Shown: piece by piece, positions 8,348 to 19,800 of the stretch | Layout: each line of letters opens with the position of its first letter | Numbering within the stretch: the stretch's first letter is position 1 | Notes under the pieces: generated by a model | Databases searched by the model: none | What the model was told of the DNA's origin: nothing | The model's input: only the letters and a program-made list of their open reading frames with translations | Translations under genes and position numbers: made by a program | Source of the DNA: Gemmatimonadales bacterium | GTDB taxonomy: Bacteria; Gemmatimonadota; Gemmatimonadetes; Gemmatimonadales; GWC2-71-9 | Length of the DNA stretch: 64,000 bases | Assembly: GCA_037189525.1 (NCBI GenBank) | Contig: JBBCJC010000001.1 | Location: 320,001 to 384,000, forward strand | Reading direction: 5' to 3'

Positions 8348-9316
8348 TCAGCGCCCTGGCACGGTCGCCGGCAGCGATTGCAGATAGAGCCACATCGCTT
8401 CCATCTCCACGTCCAGCATGCGCCGAGCCGCGGGGATCATGAACGTCATCGGAACCCGGAGCTTGGAGCCGTCGGGCCGAACACCCTGACGCATCGCCTG
8501 CACGAAATCCTGGTACCGCCAGCTGCCCAGCCCGTGCGGCGTCAGATTGCCGGCCGGGGGCCAACTCGGATCGCCGCCGGCGATCGGACCGCCCGCCAGG
8601 TTACCGCCGTGACAACCCGTGCAGGTTGCCGCAAGGTGCGCCCCAAAGGTTACGGACGCCTCGGTGGGCGGCGGCACCACGACATGCGTCGTCTGGTGCA
8701 ACGCGATCCGGGTCACCGTGAGCGGCAACTTTCCCGTCGCCACCAGCACCTTGCCCAACGGGCCGAGCGTCGAGGCCGGCACGGCGCTATCCACCGGCGG
8801 CTGCGCATTGATGTAGGCGATGATGTCGGACAGTTCCTGGTCGGACATGCGCTGGAAGTCCTCCGAGGGCATGGCCGACGGCCGCCCGTCGGGGAGGATC
8901 CCATGGCGGACGGCGCGGTCCCAGTCGGCAGGCGTGTACGCCAGCACCTTGCTCCCCCGCCCCCGTGTCAGGTTCGGGCCGAGCAACCGTCCGAGCGGGA
9001 AGGCATCGACCATGACGCCCCCGCCCAGATCGGCTCCGTGGCACTCGGTGCAACCGTACCGCGCCGACAGCAGGTGCCGGGCCCGCTCGACCGCCCGCTC
9101 CAGCGCCACCCGATCCGCACCCGCCGAGTCGAGGCCGAGCGCCGCGACTTCGTCCGCAGCGAGCGGAAACGGCACCGGGAAATCGACCGTGTGCGCCTCA
9201 TACGTGGCGGCGAGCAGCCGCGCCGAGGTCCGCGAAGCCCACCAGTACCCGAGCGCCACCACCAGCAGCACGAACGCCAGGACCAGGCCGGCGATCTTGA
9301 GCACCGCTTTCATCAT
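8348..9316 (-). CDS. Membrane-anchored di-heme cytochrome c
   Basis: Two CxxCH motifs (CTECH, CTGCH), each followed by (P/G)NLT, plus an N-terminal TM helix. Confidence 0.9.
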   Translation of the reverse strand: MMKAVLKIAGLVLAFVLLVVALGYWWASRTSARLLAATYEAHTVDFPVPFPLAADEVAALGLDSAGADRVALERAVERARHLLSARYGCTECHGADLGGGVMVDAFPLGRLLGPNLTRGRGSKVLAYTPADWDRAVRHGILPDGRPSAMPSEDFQRMSDQELSDIIAYINAQPPVDSAVPASTLGPLGKVLVATGKLPLTVTRIALHQTTHVVVPPPTEASVTFGAHLAATCTGCHGGNLAGGPIAGGDPSWPPAGNLTPHGLGSWRYQDFVQAMRQGVRPDGSKLRVPMTFMIPAARRMLDVEMEAMWLYLQSLPATVPGR

Positions 9317-9502
9317 ACCCGCCTTATAGAGGAAGGGTCGAGCGCCCGCCGATCCGCCAAGTTCGCTCCCGATCAGCCGGTCCGCGAGCCCCTCCGACAC
9401 TCCGCCCGCCGACCCGCTGCCGACGATACCTATGGGGCTGCCGACACCGGGCCCCGAACACGCCCCCTACACCCCGGGGCCCAAATTCCTTAATTTTCGG
9501 GG

Positions 9503-10070
9503 ATGAAGCAGTGGATCTTCGTCGGGGCAGTGGTCCTCGGCCTCGTGGCCGGCGCCTGGGGGCTGACCAGGTACGGCAATCGGAACCTGACCGTCGAGGT
9601 CGGCCGCGCCGCGCCCGATTTCACGGCCCAGAACCTCCGGACCCGGGAGGCATTCTCCCTCCGCGAGCAGTACCGGAATCAGGTCGTCCTGGTCAACCTG
9701 TGGGCCACCTGGTGCGTGCCCTGCCGCAAGGAAATGCCCGACATGGAGCGGCTCTATCGTGAGCTCGGCCCCCATGGCTTCCGGATTGCCGCCGTCAGCG
9801 TCGACGAGGGCGACCTGCAGGGCGTCATCTCCTTTGCCGACGAATACGACCTCACCTTCGACATTCTCCACGACGGCGACGGGTCGGTCCAGAAAGCCTT
9901 CCAGACCATCATGTTTCCCGAGAGCTTCCTGATCGACAAAGAAGGCGTCGTCGTCAAGAAGGTCCTCGGTGAGCACCCCTGGAGTTCCGACGCCAACCGC
10001 CGGCTCGTGGCCGAATTGCTGGGCGTCGAGCTGAGTGCCCCTGCGCCGGCGACCCCGGCGGGATCGTCCG

Positions 10071-10078
<8 letters not shown>
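9503..10078 (+). CDS. TlpA/ResA-like thiol-disulfide oxidoreductase
   Basis: NLWATWCVPC, FPESFLID, and an N-terminal anchor. Confidence 0.92.
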
Positions 10079-11140
<1,062 letters not shown>

Positions 11141-11144
<4 letters not shown>

Positions 11145-11977
11145 CGACCGTCTATCCGCTGGTTTTCAGGATCGGCACCTTCGAGATCACCGGTTTCGGC
11201 ATCCTGATGATGCTGTCCTTCCTCGTCGGCGGCTGGTTGGTATCACTCGAACTCAAGCGGCGCGGCTGGAACGAGGAGTACGGCGCCGACATCGTCGTCG
11301 CGGCCGTCATCGGCGGGATCGTCGGCGCCAAGCTCTGGTACGTGGTGCTGACCGGCGATCCGGGCTCCCTCTTTTCCCGGGGCGGCCTGGTCTGGTACGG
11401 CGGCTTTCTGGGTGGCGTCCTGGCCGTGATCCTGAACGGCTGGCGGCGCCAGGTGCCGATGCGGGTCACCATGAATCTGGTGGCGCCCGCGCTCGCCGCG
11501 GCCTATGCCGTGGGTCGCGTCGGCTGCTTCGTGGTGGGCGACGACTACGGTCGTCCGACCGATCTGCCGATCGGCGTCAAGTTCCCCCAGGGTCTGCCGC
11601 CGTCCACCGCACAGAACCTGTCCAGCATGTTCGGGATCCAGGTGCCCGCCGACATCGCGCCGTCGACTGTGCTTGCCGTGCATCCGACCCAGCTGTACGA
11701 GGTCGTGGCCATGCTCGCGGTCTTCATGATCCTCTGGCGCTGGCGCCTCAACGAGCGGCCGATGGGATGGCTCTTCGGGGCCTACCTTGCTTTTGCCGGG
11801 GTGGAGCGTTTTCTGGTGGAGATCCTGCGCGCCAAGGACGACCGCTTTCTGGGCGTCTTTACCGTTGCGCAGCTGACCAGCGTGCTGGTCGCCGCCGTCG
11901 GGGTGACGCTGCTGGCGCGATATGCCAACGCGCCGAATCCCGCTCCCGGCGCGTACCTGACCGCCCGCCCCCGCTAG
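11141..11977 (+). CDS. lgt: Prolipoprotein diacylglyceryl transferase
   Basis: GGLVWYGG, GRVGCF..GDDYG, HPTQLYE and RFLVEILR. Confidence 0.93.
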
Positions 11978-11990
11978 AGGCTCCGCCGCT

Positions 11991-12374
11991 TCAGGATTCG
12001 AGAATGGCGGTGGCCACGGCCGACAGGTCGGAGTGCGTCAGCGAAACATGGACGCGCGCTCCGACCTCGGCATCGACCACCTGCTTGGCGAGGCCGTGCA
12101 ATTCGATGGTCGGCCGACCTGACGGAGCCCGGATCACTTCGATTTCCCGCCAGCCGATGCCGCGCGCATTGGGGAGCGCCTGCAGCGCCTTGTAGACCGC
12201 TTCCTTGGCCGCGAGTCGCACCGCCAGATGGCGAGGCGGGTGCGGCATGGACAACACGTACTCGAGTTCGGCGCTGGTCAGCAGCCGATCCAGCACCCTG
12301 CGCCGATGCGCAGCCAGCATGGCTTCTGCACGCGCAATGTCGACCACGTCGACGCCCAGACCGATCAGCGCCAT
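11991..12374 (-). CDS. acpS: Holo-ACP synthase
   Basis: GLGVDVVDI, RLAAKEAVYKAL and VSLTHS. Confidence 0.95.
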   Translation of the reverse strand: MALIGLGVDVVDIARAEAMLAAHRRRVLDRLLTSAELEYVLSMPHPPRHLAVRLAAKEAVYKALQALPNARGIGWREIEVIRAPSGRPTIELHGLAKQVVDAEVGARVHVSLTHSDLSAVATAILES

Positions 12375-13060
12375 AGCAGGCTCCAGAACCATCGATGCAC
12401 CGGATCGAGCCAGGTCGGCCGAGGCAGATAGCCACCCAGCACCAGACCCAGCCAGGTCACCAACGCGAGGGCGGCCAGCAATACCACGATCCACGGCCAG
12501 AGCGCGGGCCGCCACCGCGCCACCTCCGCAGCTTTACTCTGCCAGACGGCCAATTCGCGACGGACCAGGACCTCGAGTTCATCCCAGGCATCCTCGAGCG
12601 CCACGGCCGTCTGACGCACCTGATCCCACCAGGCATCGCCGCTCCCGAAACCGCGCGCCACCCGCTCCTCGACGACGATACCCGCCGCGTCCAGACGCGC
12701 AGCAAGCACGGCCCGATCCTCCGCGCTCGGGAGGAGCGCCGCCAGCTGCCGACCCGGATAGCGAGACTGATACGCCGCCCGTTCCAACTGCGCTCGCGCA
12801 GCGGCGACGACGGCATCGGCCGCGCGACCCGCCGCGGTACGCCACAATGCGAGCCAGGTATTGCAATCGAGCGCGACCCGCGCCCCCGCTTCATCGCCTG
12901 CCAGCCGGAAATCCCGCGCCGCCGCAACCCGATCGAACAGATCCGAGACGAGATCGAGACGAATGGCATCGAGCCCCACGCTCGGATCGTCGAACTGTCG
13001 CGTGACGTCCGCCAACCGCCCCAGGTACGGCCCGATCTCGGGCAGCTCGTCGGTTGCCAT
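12365..13060 (-). CDS. Hypothetical helical protein with C-terminal TM segment
   Basis: Start overlaps the upstream CYTH stop (TGATG) and the 3' end overlaps acpS. Ends with a TM helix and LGGYLP. Confidence 0.75.
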   Translation of the reverse strand: MATDELPEIGPYLGRLADVTRQFDDPSVGLDAIRLDLVSDLFDRVAAARDFRLAGDEAGARVALDCNTWLALWRTAAGRAADAVVAAARAQLERAAYQSRYPGRQLAALLPSAEDRAVLAARLDAAGIVVEERVARGFGSGDAWWDQVRQTAVALEDAWDELEVLVRRELAVWQSKAAEVARWRPALWPWIVVLLAALALVTWLGLVLGGYLPRPTWLDPVHRWFWSLLWR

Positions 13061-13656
13061 CACGACCGTTCCCACGACGGACGCTCACCCGCATCGAGCT
13101 CCGCCAGCGCGACGGCAGCCGGGCGCCCCGTTCGGGCCTGATAGCGCTGCACGAAGACGGCGAGCGCATCGGCCGAGTAGGCGCTGCGGGGCAACTGGAG
13201 CAAAGCGACCGCCTGCTCGATGGCATCGGCGCTGCCCTCGACCTCCACCAGAACGTCCATTCTCGGATACCATTCCAGCCGCACCACCGCGCCCGCGGCT
13301 TCGTAGTACTCGACGAAACGGTCGATCGCATGGACTTCCCGATACCCGAGCGCCGCCACAATCGCTTCCGCCTCGACCGCATCGGGCGTGCCGAGTTCAT
13401 GCTCGGCGCGCAGCTTGTAGCCATCTTCGATTCGCACGGGACCCTTCCAACCAAGCCGGCTGCTGACCGAGCCATCTGACGCATGCCGCATGGTTCGGAT
13501 CCGCAGCACTTCGTCCCGGCCCGCGAGTTCACCATCGCGATCATAGCGCCGGTCGGCCATCCAGCCAGTAAAGCCGCGCACCGCACCCGACGCGTCGAGC
13601 GCGCCGCGCATCCGGTCGGGGTCGGCGACCACGGCCTTGAGCTCGCGTTCGATCAC
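13060..13656 (-). CDS. CYTH domain protein (class IV adenylate cyclase-like)
   Basis: IERELKA (ExExK), LRIR, WKGP and LVEVEG. GTGA overlap with the HAD gene. Confidence 0.88.
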   Translation of the reverse strand: MIERELKAVVADPDRMRGALDASGAVRGFTGWMADRRYDRDGELAGRDEVLRIRTMRHASDGSVSSRLGWKGPVRIEDGYKLRAEHELGTPDAVEAEAIVAALGYREVHAIDRFVEYYEAAGAVVRLEWYPRMDVLVEVEGSADAIEQAVALLQLPRSAYSADALAVFVQRYQARTGRPAAVALAELDAGERPSWERS

Positions 13657-14363
13657 GCCGACGTTCCGAGAATGGCGGCGGCCACGCGGCTCGTGTCGCT
13701 CAGATCGTCGAACACATGGTGAGCCCCGGCCTCGGCCAGATGCTCCGGACGATAGCTCCCGGTCGCCACGGCCACGGAAATGGCGCCGATGCCGTTGCCG
13801 CAGGTCACGTCGGCCGGCGTATCGCCGATGATGACGACATCGGCGCCCGAGGGCACCCGGCCAAAATGCGACAACGCTCGCTGCGCAGCGATGGCGGGCA
13901 ACTCGGCCCGAACTGCATGATCGGACCCGTAGGCGCCGACCGCAAAGCCCTCGGGAGGAATGTCCACGGCCCGGAGCTTGATCGCGGCCCCGCGCACGAC
14001 GTTGCCAGTCAGCAGCCCCAGCACGACACGACTGTCGCCGCGGAGGGTCTCGAGCAGCGGCCGCACCCCGGGCATCACGGTCGCCTGGTGCGCCGTTTCG
14101 GCCAGATCGCGCTCCAGATGGGCCAGGTAGCGGTCGATCACCCGGCCGATCCGGTCCTGGTCGCGGGAGAGCCGGTCGCCGCCGGCTTCGAGCAGCTCGA
14201 CCACGATCTGCGGGTCGGTTTTGCCGTCGAAACGGACGTGCTCCACCGCCTCCGCACCAATCGCCGCTTCCTCGGCGAGCGCGGCCAGAATCGCGCGCCG
14301 TCCCGCGCCGCCCGACAGCAACAGGGTGCCGTCGATATCGAAAAGAACCAGACGTTTCGTCAC
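13653..14363 (-). CDS. HAD family hydrolase
   Basis: LVLFDIDGTL, LLTGN and IIGDTPADV. Confidence 0.93.
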   Translation of the reverse strand: MTKRLVLFDIDGTLLLSGGAGRRAILAALAEEAAIGAEAVEHVRFDGKTDPQIVVELLEAGGDRLSRDQDRIGRVIDRYLAHLERDLAETAHQATVMPGVRPLLETLRGDSRVVLGLLTGNVVRGAAIKLRAVDIPPEGFAVGAYGSDHAVRAELPAIAAQRALSHFGRVPSGADVVIIGDTPADVTCGNGIGAISVAVATGSYRPEHLAEAGAHHVFDDLSDTSRVAAAILGTSA

Positions 14364-14509
14364 GAGGTCGGTTCCGGGTCGGCGGCGGCACAGTTGCGGC
14401 AGACGACCACTCCCTGGAAGGTGCAGATCAGGCAAACGAACGTTCCACAGCGTTCGCAGGGATACCCCTCCGAGGCGCGTTCCTCCCGACCGCAAGCTCG
14501 GCAGATCAT
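14360..14509 (-). CDS. 49-aa Cys-rich (4x CxxC) zinc-finger microprotein
   Basis: MICRACGREERASEGYPCERCGTFVCLICTFQGVVVCRNCAAADPEPTS. The stop overlaps the HAD start (GTGA). Confidence 0.8.
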   Translation of the reverse strand: MICRACGREERASEGYPCERCGTFVCLICTFQGVVVCRNCAAADPEPTS

Positions 14510-14547
14510 GGCGTCCGTGGCCGGCTTCTTCTGAGGTTCCACGCGGG

Positions 14548-15885
14548 TCACTCCGTGATGTTGTACAACTTGACCTTGTTGATCAGCGTCGCTCGGGAAA
14601 TGCCGAGCTCCTTGGCGGCGCGGGTCCGGTTGCCGCCGTGATAGCGTAGCGTCCGGTCGATGTGCTGATGCTCGAGCGCCTCCAGGGTCATCGGCGTATG
14701 ACGACGATCGCCCATCCCCGACCGGGCCCGGAACTCGCCGGGCAGATGCTCGACGTTGATCGCCGGCTGCCCCTTGGCCACCATCATGGCGCGTTCGAGC
14801 ACATTCTTCATTTCGCGGAGGTTCCCCGGCCACGGATAGGCCAGGAACCGTTCGTGGACGTCCACCGCGAGCGACTCGGGACCATCCGGCAGCTGGTTCT
14901 TGAGATCGGCGTGCAGCAGCGCGACCAGGCCGAGCCGGTCTTCCTGGCTCCGCTCGCGGATAGGCGGAAAGGCCAGCGGCATCACGCTGAGACGGTAGAA
15001 GAGATCTTCCCGGAACGTCTCCGCTTCGACGGCCTCCGACAGGTTGCGGCGAGTGGTCACCATGAGGCGGGTATCGACGCTGATATCGTCGGTGCCGCCG
15101 AGCCGGCGGAAGCTGCGCGTCTCCAGCACCCGCAGCAGTTTGGGCTGGATTTCCTCCGGCAGATCACCGATTTCCCGCAACAGCACCGTGCCGCCGTCCG
15201 CCAATTCGAGGAGACCACGACGGCGCTCGGTCGCTTCGACGTAGACGCCACGCTCGTGCCCGAATAGCAGCGACTCGAGATAGGTCGCGTTCATCCCGGT
15301 GCAGTTGATTTCCAGGAACGGCTGTCCCGCTCGGGGACCGAGATCGTGAATGATCCGCGCGGTCCAGGCCTTGCCGACGCCGGTTTCTCCGTTGAGCAAT
15401 AGCGTGGTACGATCGCTCTGCGCCAGCAGCGACACCTGCTGCACGAACTGTTTCATGACGCTCGACGTCCCCAGCGAATCGAGCCCATGCGGCGAGGCCG
15501 TCCGGGCCAACAGCGCCGAGGCGACGCGGCGGGCCTTGGTGAGCAGAACCGCGCGGGAGGCCGCCGTCAGGACGACATCCGCGTTGCCGGCGATGTCGAG
15601 CACCATGGCCGCTCCGGCACGCATCCCGCGCGCCACCGCTTCCGACCCGGGCTGGTCGCCGAAGAGCACGACGGGCACCTGCCCCGCGCCGAGCGCCTGA
15701 ATCGCTTCCGCACTGCCGAGCGAGAGCGCCAACAGCACGGCGTCGGGCCGGATGCGCGGCAGCGCACCGAGCGCGGCATCGACCGAGAGTTCCCGCACCA
15801 CCTCGTGCCCCGCCTCCTCGAAGCGGGCCCCGATGGCGCGAAGAGTCGAAGGGTCGTCATGTACCAGCAGGATCGAGTCCGTCAT
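14548..15885 (-). CDS. Atypical NtrC/AtoC-family regulator (REC-AAA+-Fis HTH)
   Basis: Walker A GETGVGK, FREDLFYRL, WPGNLRE and GNRTRAAKELGISR. The GAFTGA and Walker B motifs are degenerate. Confidence 0.9.
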   Translation of the reverse strand: MTDSILLVHDDPSTLRAIGARFEEAGHEVVRELSVDAALGALPRIRPDAVLLALSLGSAEAIQALGAGQVPVVLFGDQPGSEAVARGMRAGAAMVLDIAGNADVVLTAASRAVLLTKARRVASALLARTASPHGLDSLGTSSVMKQFVQQVSLLAQSDRTTLLLNGETGVGKAWTARIIHDLGPRAGQPFLEINCTGMNATYLESLLFGHERGVYVEATERRRGLLELADGGTVLLREIGDLPEEIQPKLLRVLETRSFRRLGGTDDISVDTRLMVTTRRNLSEAVEAETFREDLFYRLSVMPLAFPPIRERSQEDRLGLVALLHADLKNQLPDGPESLAVDVHERFLAYPWPGNLREMKNVLERAMMVAKGQPAINVEHLPGEFRARSGMGDRRHTPMTLEALEHQHIDRTLRYHGGNRTRAAKELGISRATLINKVKLYNITE

Positions 15886-15951
15886 GGTCAAGTCCCTGAA
15901 AAGATCGAACGAATCGGCGCCCCTCCTCGCGGCGGGCAGCCGGATACATTC

Positions 15952-16845
15952 CTACACCAGCACGCGAATCGCCTTGGGCGCCACCGTCGCCGTAAAGGGC
16001 GTTTCACCGAACAGATCGCCATCGAACTGCGCCGGTTCGGCGGGATGAGCCTCAACCCGAACCTGCTGACCGCGAGCATAGGTCAAGTATGGCGTCTCAC
16101 CCGTATCCAATGCGACGTTGGCCAGCGCACGCACCAGGCTGCGCGCCGCCTCCCACGGAGTATCGGCATCGATGATCAGGACGTCGAACAGCCCATCATC
16201 GAGCGCCGTCTCCCGATGCACCCGAACCAGCGGCGGAATCACCTCGCCGCAATTGAGCACCATGACCAGCGCCGCATCCCGCTCGATCACCCGCTCGTCG
16301 ACGGTAACCGTAAACTGGCGCGAACGAATCTCCGGCATCACCCGAAACAGGGAATTGAAGTACCCGCCAATACCCAACCGGCGTTTCTCCGCCGCCCCTG
16401 TCCCACCCATGACCCGGGCATCGGCCCCGGCGCCGCACGCCACTCCGAAGTAGCGGAGCCCCATCGCATTCTCCAGCCGGCCCAGATCGATCCGTCTGGA
16501 TCGCCCCCGGAGGATCAGCTCGGCAGCCTGGACCGGACCGAGTGGCAACCGCAGGTTGCCCGCCAGCACGTTGCCGGTGCCCCCGGGCACGAGGCCGAGC
16601 GCCACATCCGTTCCCACCAGCGCGGCAGCCGCCTGCATCGTAGTACCGTCGCCGCCGAAGACCGCGACGACATCGGCGCCGTCGGCAACCGCTTCCTCCG
16701 CAAAACGCCGGGTGTCCTCCGCCACGGAGGTCTGCCGAAGGTCGATCGACCAGCCTGCCGCTTCAAACACACGCCGCACCGTATCGGCCACGTCCGGATT
16801 GGTCCGGGCCGCCACCGGATTGGCAATCAACAACGCTCGAGCCAT
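15952..16845 (-). CDS. Diacylglycerol/lipid kinase (DagK/YegS family)
   Basis: IANPVA, GGDGT, PGGTGN and QFDGD. Confidence 0.93.
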   Translation of the reverse strand: MARALLIANPVAARTNPDVADTVRRVFEAAGWSIDLRQTSVAEDTRRFAEEAVADGADVVAVFGGDGTTMQAAAALVGTDVALGLVPGGTGNVLAGNLRLPLGPVQAAELILRGRSRRIDLGRLENAMGLRYFGVACGAGADARVMGGTGAAEKRRLGIGGYFNSLFRVMPEIRSRQFTVTVDERVIERDAALVMVLNCGEVIPPLVRVHRETALDDGLFDVLIIDADTPWEAARSLVRALANVALDTGETPYLTYARGQQVRVEAHPAEPAQFDGDLFGETPFTATVAPKAIRVLV

Positions 16846-16851
16846 CGCGTA

Positions 16852-19800
16852 CTAGTACTCCCGATCCCATTTGATGTCCGCACCGAACTGATAACGACTC
16901 GGCCGGATCAAGCTGGCCGCCACCTGACTCAGGCATGACTGCACGGGTTCCGCAGCCACCTGGATTTTGAGTGTCGGATGGAGTCGATATTCGAGGCTGG
17001 CGCCAAGATAGCGCCGGTTGAGTTCGACCTGGAGGCCCTCGACCACACATCCCCCCAGGCTCAGCGTGGCAAACAGACGCCGGGTCAGCTGCCGACCGAG
17101 CGAAAGCCGGGTCACGGAACCTCCCGTGGCCAGCGCCGTGTTGCCCTGGGCAAAGCCCGGACTGATTTCCACCAGATCGAAGGGAGAATCCTTGGAGGAG
17201 ATCAGGGAGCGCTCCAGCTCCGAGGTCAGCACCTTGCTGGCCAGCGCTGCAACGACTCGGCCCTGGTCCTCGAATGCGTTGCGCACTCCGCTCGAAACCG
17301 TGCCGAACACCAGCAGCGAAACCAGTTCGCGCTCGGGGAACTGCTGCCGGCCTGGTTCACTGGTCAGCTGAAGGTTGGGCGCCAGCAACGTTCCCGTAAT
17401 TCGCGCAATGATCGGATAGTCGGCGGTTCCGGTCGTCGTTCCTGACACCGTCCGCACCACATAGCGCGCGGTCAGATCGAGACTGGCGTTCATGTCCGGC
17501 GTGTTGAAGTATCGGACCGTACCCTGCTCGACCGTGAAGGTTCGGGCGACACCGAGGCCGGGTCGGAACGTGTAGGTTCCGCGCGGCACGGTCAGTTCAC
17601 CACTGACACGGAACTCGCTTCGCCCCGCCCGGCGCCGCTCTTTGTTGACCGAGACCTGGCCCTCGAGCTGCACGTTGGCTTCGCTCGAGCGGAGCCAGAC
17701 GTCCTGCGCCACCCGGACGCTCAGATCACGAATCGTCAGCGAGTCGAGGAACCGGCTCTGGAACTGCGCCCCCAACCCCTGGGCCCGAAGCGCGGTGGTG
17801 TCGACCAGATCGATATTGGCCGGATCTTCGAGGTTGATCACGTTCTTCGACAGCAGGTCGGCAAAGTAGACCACGCTGTTGGTCGCGCGGATGCTGCCGC
17901 TCAACACCGGCCGCACCAGCGGACCGTCGAGCGCGACATCTCCGGTCGCGCGGAAGGTGAGATACTCCGGTACATCGATCAGCAGGAAATCCCGGGCAGA
18001 CAACTCCAGACCCAGCACCGGCGTGGTGAGCCGTTCGAGCCGGACAGCCCCGCCGATTCGCGCCTCGCCGATATCGCTGCGGATCACGACCGAGTCCGCC
18101 ACGATCGAGTCGCCTGCCAGGCGAACCCGCCCGAACATCGGCCCGTAGCCGACGCCGAGCCCCGGAACGTAGAGGGCGGCATCGGCCACGGTGACCTGCC
18201 CGGCCAGCCGCGGTGCTTCCCACGAACCGCCGACCTGCGCATCGAGCGCCAGCGTACCGACCACACCTCGGAGATTGGGCGTCAGCGCCTCGATCACGGC
18301 GAGATCGACGCTGTCGGCCTGGCCGCGGATGACGAGTTCTCCCGGGATCTGCCGCCGGGCCACCTCGCCCACCGAGAGATCCAACGGCAGCCGCGCATCG
18401 ATGTCCAGAATCGGCCGGCCGGTGCGCCAGAAGCTCAGGTTGCTCTGGAGCAATCGGTCGTCGTAGTTGAAGACCGCCCGCACCAGCGGCGCCTTGACCT
18501 GCCCCACGACCGGCCCGGTCAGCGTCGCCGAGCCCCGGAAAGTCGGCAACGCCATGGTTCCCGCCACGCGAACGTCGACACCCAGCGAGCCGCCGATCCC
18601 CGCCGTGTCGCGCTGCGCCAGCGCATAGATGTCACGCAACGAAATCCCCGATGCCTGCAGATGGGCTCGGCCCTCGTTCCGTCCCGGCAGGACGCCTTCC
18701 AGGCGAATCGTACCCGAGCCGTCATCCGTCGCAATCAGCACGGTATCGGCCGCCGTTACGCTGTCGACCGTGAACATGGCCGGGCGCTGCAAACGCCACT
18801 GCCGACCCAACAGCCCCAGCGCCAGCGAATCCACCTGCAGCACCCGGATACTGTCCGCGCCGGCCCGCCACTGGCCCAGCGCAGCAAGCCGAGCGGCCGT
18901 TCCGCTCGCACCGCGAACATTCCAGTCGAACCGGGCCGGCGTTCCCAGCAACCCCGCCTCCAGATCGGCAAAGCGGAGTTTGCCGGACGCGAGCGTGTCG
19001 ACCGCCAGGGTGAGTCCCATCACCAGGCTGTCGGGCGCGACCCCGCTGGCCTGGATTTGAATCGTGCCGAGCCGAACCTGGTTGCGCAGCCACGCGGCGG
19101 AGTCGAGCCGAATGTCCGCGACCGCGTTCCATCGATCGAGCGACCCCTCCAGTGAGAAGGTGCCGCGGGCGCGCCCGCTCATCAGGTCTTCCTCGATCAG
19201 AGCGGCCCGGTCTAACCCCGCAAGCTCCGCAGCCAGGCTGTCGAAGGGCGCCAGGTTGAGCGCCGCCACTGTTCCCTTGAGGCTCCCCTGGTGCGGCTCG
19301 GCCCAGCCGAAGCTGCCGGCCAGGTAGGCGCCGCCGCCCGGCCAGATGATCCCGGCCGTATCGACCGTGATGAGGCTATCCCGAATGGCCAGGCGCGCCC
19401 AGGCCGAGTCGAACACGAAGCTGCGCACCGAGCTGCGCCGCAGGGCCAGGTCGACGACCGCGTCGGGCGCTACCGCCGAATCGATCACCCCGGTCAGCGT
19501 CGCCTGCCCGGCCAGGGAGGTCACCGGTCCGGTGGGCATCAGCATGGCCAGATTGGCGCGCTCGAAGGAGACCCGCAGACTGTCCGCCCCGAGACGCGGC
19601 GGCTCCAGGCTGGTCCGACCGATGAACCGATAGTTGCCGATCTGACCGGCCAGGCCGCCTTCGACCCAGAGCGCGTCCAGGTATCCCGACATCTTGAGGG
19701 TGCCCGCCACCATGCCCTGGAGCGTCAGCGTCGGGAAGCTGCCGCGAATTCCGTCGAACGCCAGCGTGTCGACCGTCAGGTCCGCATCGAGCCCCAGGGT

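Noticed and set aside
7820..9493. Long alternative-frame and antisense ORFs (also 15487-16938, 23590-25050, 33970-35388, 42564-44129, 50536-52143 and 53522-55123)
   Set aside because: Shadow ORFs expected in high-GC DNA. They overlap well-supported genes and show no motifs.
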